NCBI GenBank assembly: GCA_963841435.1
Contig: CAWJCS010000005.1
Location: 1,248,001 to 1,312,000 of the forward strand
Origin: an uncultured delta proteobacterium
GTDB lineage: Bacteria; Myxococcota_A; Polyangia; Polyangiales; Polyangiaceae
DNA length: 64,000 bases
Reading direction: 5' to 3'
Shown in pieces: positions 61,071-64,000 of the stretch. The position numbers were made by a program, and so were the translations under genes. The notes under the pieces are model-generated. The model ran no database searches. It saw only the letters and a list, made by a program, of their open reading frames with translations, and was not told the DNA's origin. Every line of letters starts with the position of its first letter. Positions within the stretch are counted from its first letter, which is position 1.

Positions 61071-62391
61071 GTGAAAATTGCAATCATTGGTACGGGATAC
61101 GTTGGGTTGGTCGCGGGGGCCTGCTTTGCCGACTCGGGGACGCACGTCGTTTGCGTTGACGTCGACGAGCAGAAGCTCGAGAAGCTGAAAAAGGGCGACG
61201 TACCCTTCTTCGAGCCGAACCTCGCCGAGCTCGTGAAGAAGAACTGGCCGGCTCGGCTCGAGTTCACCTCGAACCTGCCCACTGCGATCGACGGGTGCGA
61301 GGTGGTCTTCGTCGCCGTGGGCACGCCGCCCCAGGAGGACGGCTCGGCGGATCTCAGCCACGTGCTCAAGGTGGCCGAGCAGGTCGCGAAGGCGGCGAAG
61401 CACGAGGTCGCCCTCGTGTTGAAGAGCACCGTGCCCGTCGGCACGAACGCGCGTGTGCGCGAGGTCGTCGAGAAGCACGCCAAGGTCAAGATCAACGTCG
61501 TCAGCAATCCGGAGTTCTTGAAGGAAGGCGACGCCGTCAACGACTTCTTGAAGCCCGATCGCATCGTCGTCGGAACGGACGACGACCGCGCGTACGACGC
61601 GCTCTCGCGCCTTTACGCGCCGTTCAACCGGCAGCGCAACCGCATCCAGCGCATGTCGCCGAAGAGTGCGGAGATCGTGAAGTACGCGGCCAACGCGCTG
61701 CTCGCGACCAAGATTCTCGTTCATGAACGAGATTGCTCGGCTCTGTGACATCGCGGGCGGCGACGCCGAGCACGTGCGCGTCGCCGTCGGGTCCGACGAG
61801 CGCATCGGCATGCAATTCCTCTATCCGGGCCTCGGCTTCGGCGGCAGCTGCTTCCCCAAGGATCTGCGCGCCCTCGTGCGCACGGGCGAGGAGCTCGGTG
61901 TCAACATGGCGGTCTCGCGGGCGGCGGTCGCCGCCAACGAGGGCCCCGTGCGCTACCTCCTCGAGCACCTCGAAGCGGACCTCGGCGGCCTCAAGGACAA
62001 GGTCATCGCGATCTGGGGCCTGGCGTTCAAGCCGCGCACCGACGACGTGCGCGAGGCGCCCGCGCTCCGTCTCATCCGCGAGATCGTCAAGCGTGGCGGC
62101 AGCGTGCGGGCGACGGACCCGGAGGCGCTGAACACCGCGAAGGAACGGCTCGTTGCCTCGGGCGGGCTCGAGCGCATCGAACTCATGAGCGACACGTACG
62201 CCACCTGTGAGGGCGCCGACGCCATGGTGCTCGCCACGGAGTGGAGCGAGTATCGCGCACCGGATCTTCCGCAAATCAAGGCGCTGATGCGCGGTCGCCA
62301 CGTGTTCGACGGGCGCAACGTGTTCGTGCCGGAAGCGGTCGTCGACGCGGGGCTCGTCTACCGCGGCATGGGCCGACCGAAGCGCGGCTAG
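61071..62391 (+). CDS. ugd: UDP-glucose 6-dehydrogenase, split by a +1 frameshift at 61714-61715
   Basis: KIAIIGTGYVGL, KSTVPVGT, SNPEFLKEG, KYAANALLATKI, then in the next frame SFMNEIA..GFGGSCFPKD..GLAFKPRTDDVREAP..FDGRN. Confidence 0.95.
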
Positions 62392-62463
62392 CCCGCGGCG
62401 CGTGCCTGCGCCGGCCCGGGCGCAGCGACCACGCCTTTGAATCTCGGCTCGGCGTCGCGCCCG

Positions 62464-63489
62464 TCAGCGAACGATCGGCACGTCGGCGTCGAAGTCGAAG
62501 CACTCCCGGTCGCCCGACACCCACTTGATGGAATTATACCAGAACTGAGGCACCTGGTAGTACTGCTCGGCCTTACGACCGTTGCAGTAGCCGTGCGCAG
62601 GGTCGGTCTCGCACGTCATGGCGCCCGTGCCGTCCCACTGGCTCGTGTACGTGACCCACTCGTCGGCGAACACGAACACGCGACCCGCGTCAACCTGCTT
62701 GCTCGCGCCGTACACGCTCGTGCCCTGAACGACGACATCGCCCCCCATCACGGAGCGACCGTGGAACGCCCCGACCCGCGTGATGTTGGCCGCGATCGGG
62801 TTTGCCGTGTTCCAACCCGTGACGGGCACCGAGTTCGAGGCGCAGCAGCAGTCGTTGTCGGGGCAGGTGCCGAGGATGTCGTCCTTGGCGTACGACATGC
62901 CGGTGAAGGCGATGAGCTGGTTGGTCGGGTCCACTTCCTGGCTGTTCCCGCCGTAGCCCGTGAGAGTGATGAGGCCGCCGCCCGCGCGGATCCACGCTTC
63001 GAAATTCGCCTGCTCGGTCGCGTCGAAGCTCCAGTAGGGGCCTCCTTCGCGGTCCTCGAGCGCCTGGAAGATGAGCACGTCGTACTGATCGAAGAAGTCG
63101 GTCGTGAACGGCGTGTCCGTCGTGTACGTCGTGACGACGGCGCTGCTCTTGCTGTTGAGCCACTGCGTGAGCGCCGCGGTGCTGTCGTTGCCGGGCACGG
63201 CGCCGTACGTCGGTAGCCGCCCGACCACGCCGATGCGCACGCACGGTCCGTCGGTGCTGCCGTCCGGACCCGAGATGCTGGCCGCCGAGCCGCCGCTGCC
63301 CGGGTTGATGCTGCCGCCACTGCCCGGGTTGATGTCGCCGCCGCTGCCGGTTGGACCCGTCGCTCCGGAGGAAAGGCTCGGATCGGGAGGAGGGGCGGCG
63401 CTGCTGCACGATGCAGCCGCCGCAAACGAGAGACCAGCGACCACTGCGCCCAAGAAACGAGGCCGTACCAAGCGAAGAGAATGTTTCAT
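62464..63489 (-). CDS. Lipoprotein with Gly/Ser linker and class-I GATase-like (DUF4350/ThuA-like) domain
   Basis: Lipobox AASC; INPGSGG twice; [34 protein letters not shown]. Confidence 0.68.
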   Translation of the reverse strand: MKHSLRLVRPRFLGAVVAGLSFAAAASCSSAAPPPDPSLSSGATGPTGSGGDINPGSGGSINPGSGGSAASISGPDGSTDGPCVRIGVVGRLPTYGAVPGNDSTAALTQWLNSKSSAVVTTYTTDTPFTTDFFDQYDVLIFQALEDREGGPYWSFDATEQANFEAWIRAGGGLITLTGYGGNSQEVDPTNQLIAFTGMSYAKDDILGTCPDNDCCCASNSVPVTGWNTANPIAANITRVGAFHGRSVMGGDVVVQGTSVYGASKQVDAGRVFVFADEWVTYTSQWDGTGAMTCETDPAHGYCNGRKAEQYYQVPQFWYNSIKWVSGDRECFDFDADVPIVR

Positions 63490-63631
63490 CTTGCCCACCA
63501 TCAGGTTTGTAATGAGTCTAGCGGGGAGGCGCCTGGTGCGCCAAGCCGCCAGCCGGCCGGTCGCTGAGAAACGACCGCGAAACAAGTCGATAACCCTCGC
63601 GGCGAGCCGCTCTGCGACGCTCCAACACCCC

Positions 63632-64000
63632 GTGACCCTCCGCGTCGCCCTCCACCACCGTACCCATTACCGCTACGACCGCGTCGTCGCGCTCGGACCG
63701 CAGGTCGTCCGCTTGCGACCGGCGAATCACTCGCGCACGCGCGTGACCAGCTACTCGTTCAAGGTCTCGCCGAGCGCGCACTTCTTGAACTGGCAGCAGG
63801 ACCCGCACGGCAACTGGCTCGCGCGCCTGGTGTTCCCCGAGAAGACCGACCACCTCTCGCTCGAGGTCGATCTCGTCGCCGACCTCGCGGTCATCAATCC
63901 GTTCGACTTCTTCCTCGACGACGAAGCCGAGACGGTTCCCTTCAAGTACGACGAGTCGCTCGAGCCGGAGCTCGCGCCTTACCTCAGGCTGAACCCCGGC
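63632..64000 (+). CDS. Transglutaminase-like protein, N-terminal domain (3'-truncated by window edge)
   Basis: [74 protein letters not shown]; absent from the ORF track because it has no stop in the window. Confidence 0.9.
   Translation, partial: MTLRVALHHRTHYRYDRVVALGPQVVRLRPANHSRTRVTSYSFKVSPSAHFLNWQQDPHGNWLARLVFPEKTDHLSLEVDLVADLAVINPFDFFLDDEAETVPFKYDESLEPELAPYLRLNPG

Noticed and set aside
58665-62391. A complete capsule or poly-gamma-glutamate locus
   Set aside because: Only CapA and ugd are present, on opposite strands, with no capB/capC, glycosyltransferases or export genes.

Overview
Very GC-rich, gene-dense chromosomal segment, most likely from a myxobacterium (Polyangiaceae/Sorangium-like). 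This is inferred from a MYXO-CTERM-type tail, many Gly-linker/Cys-rich lipoproteins, a fibro-slime protein and several ECF sigma factors. Positions 1-22 kb form a (glucurono)xylan utilisation region: GH10, GH30, GH3, GH67, a carbohydrate ABC importer and an AraC regulator. It includes an unusual operon of three CBM11/CIA30-like lipoproteins and two paralogous predicted outer-membrane beta-barrels ending in -MWW, with no SusC/TonB-dependent receptor: a candidate new polysaccharide-uptake system. Three copies of a module made of an ECF sigma, a membrane/TPR anti-sigma, a small beta-barrel protein and a lipoprotein (23-26, 44-48 and 50-53 kb) look like a TonB-independent trans-envelope signalling system. 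The rest is housekeeping or accessory (pntAB, ppx, ettA, radical SAM, YyaL-like, NtrC/Hpt/SpoIIE, CapA, ugd, transglutaminase). Several internally deleted gene remnants lie in intergenic gaps, and four genes carry single-base +1 frameshifts that may be sequencing errors. No rRNA, tRNA, CRISPR array or mobile element was recognised. All family calls come from motif recognition by eye, not database searches.
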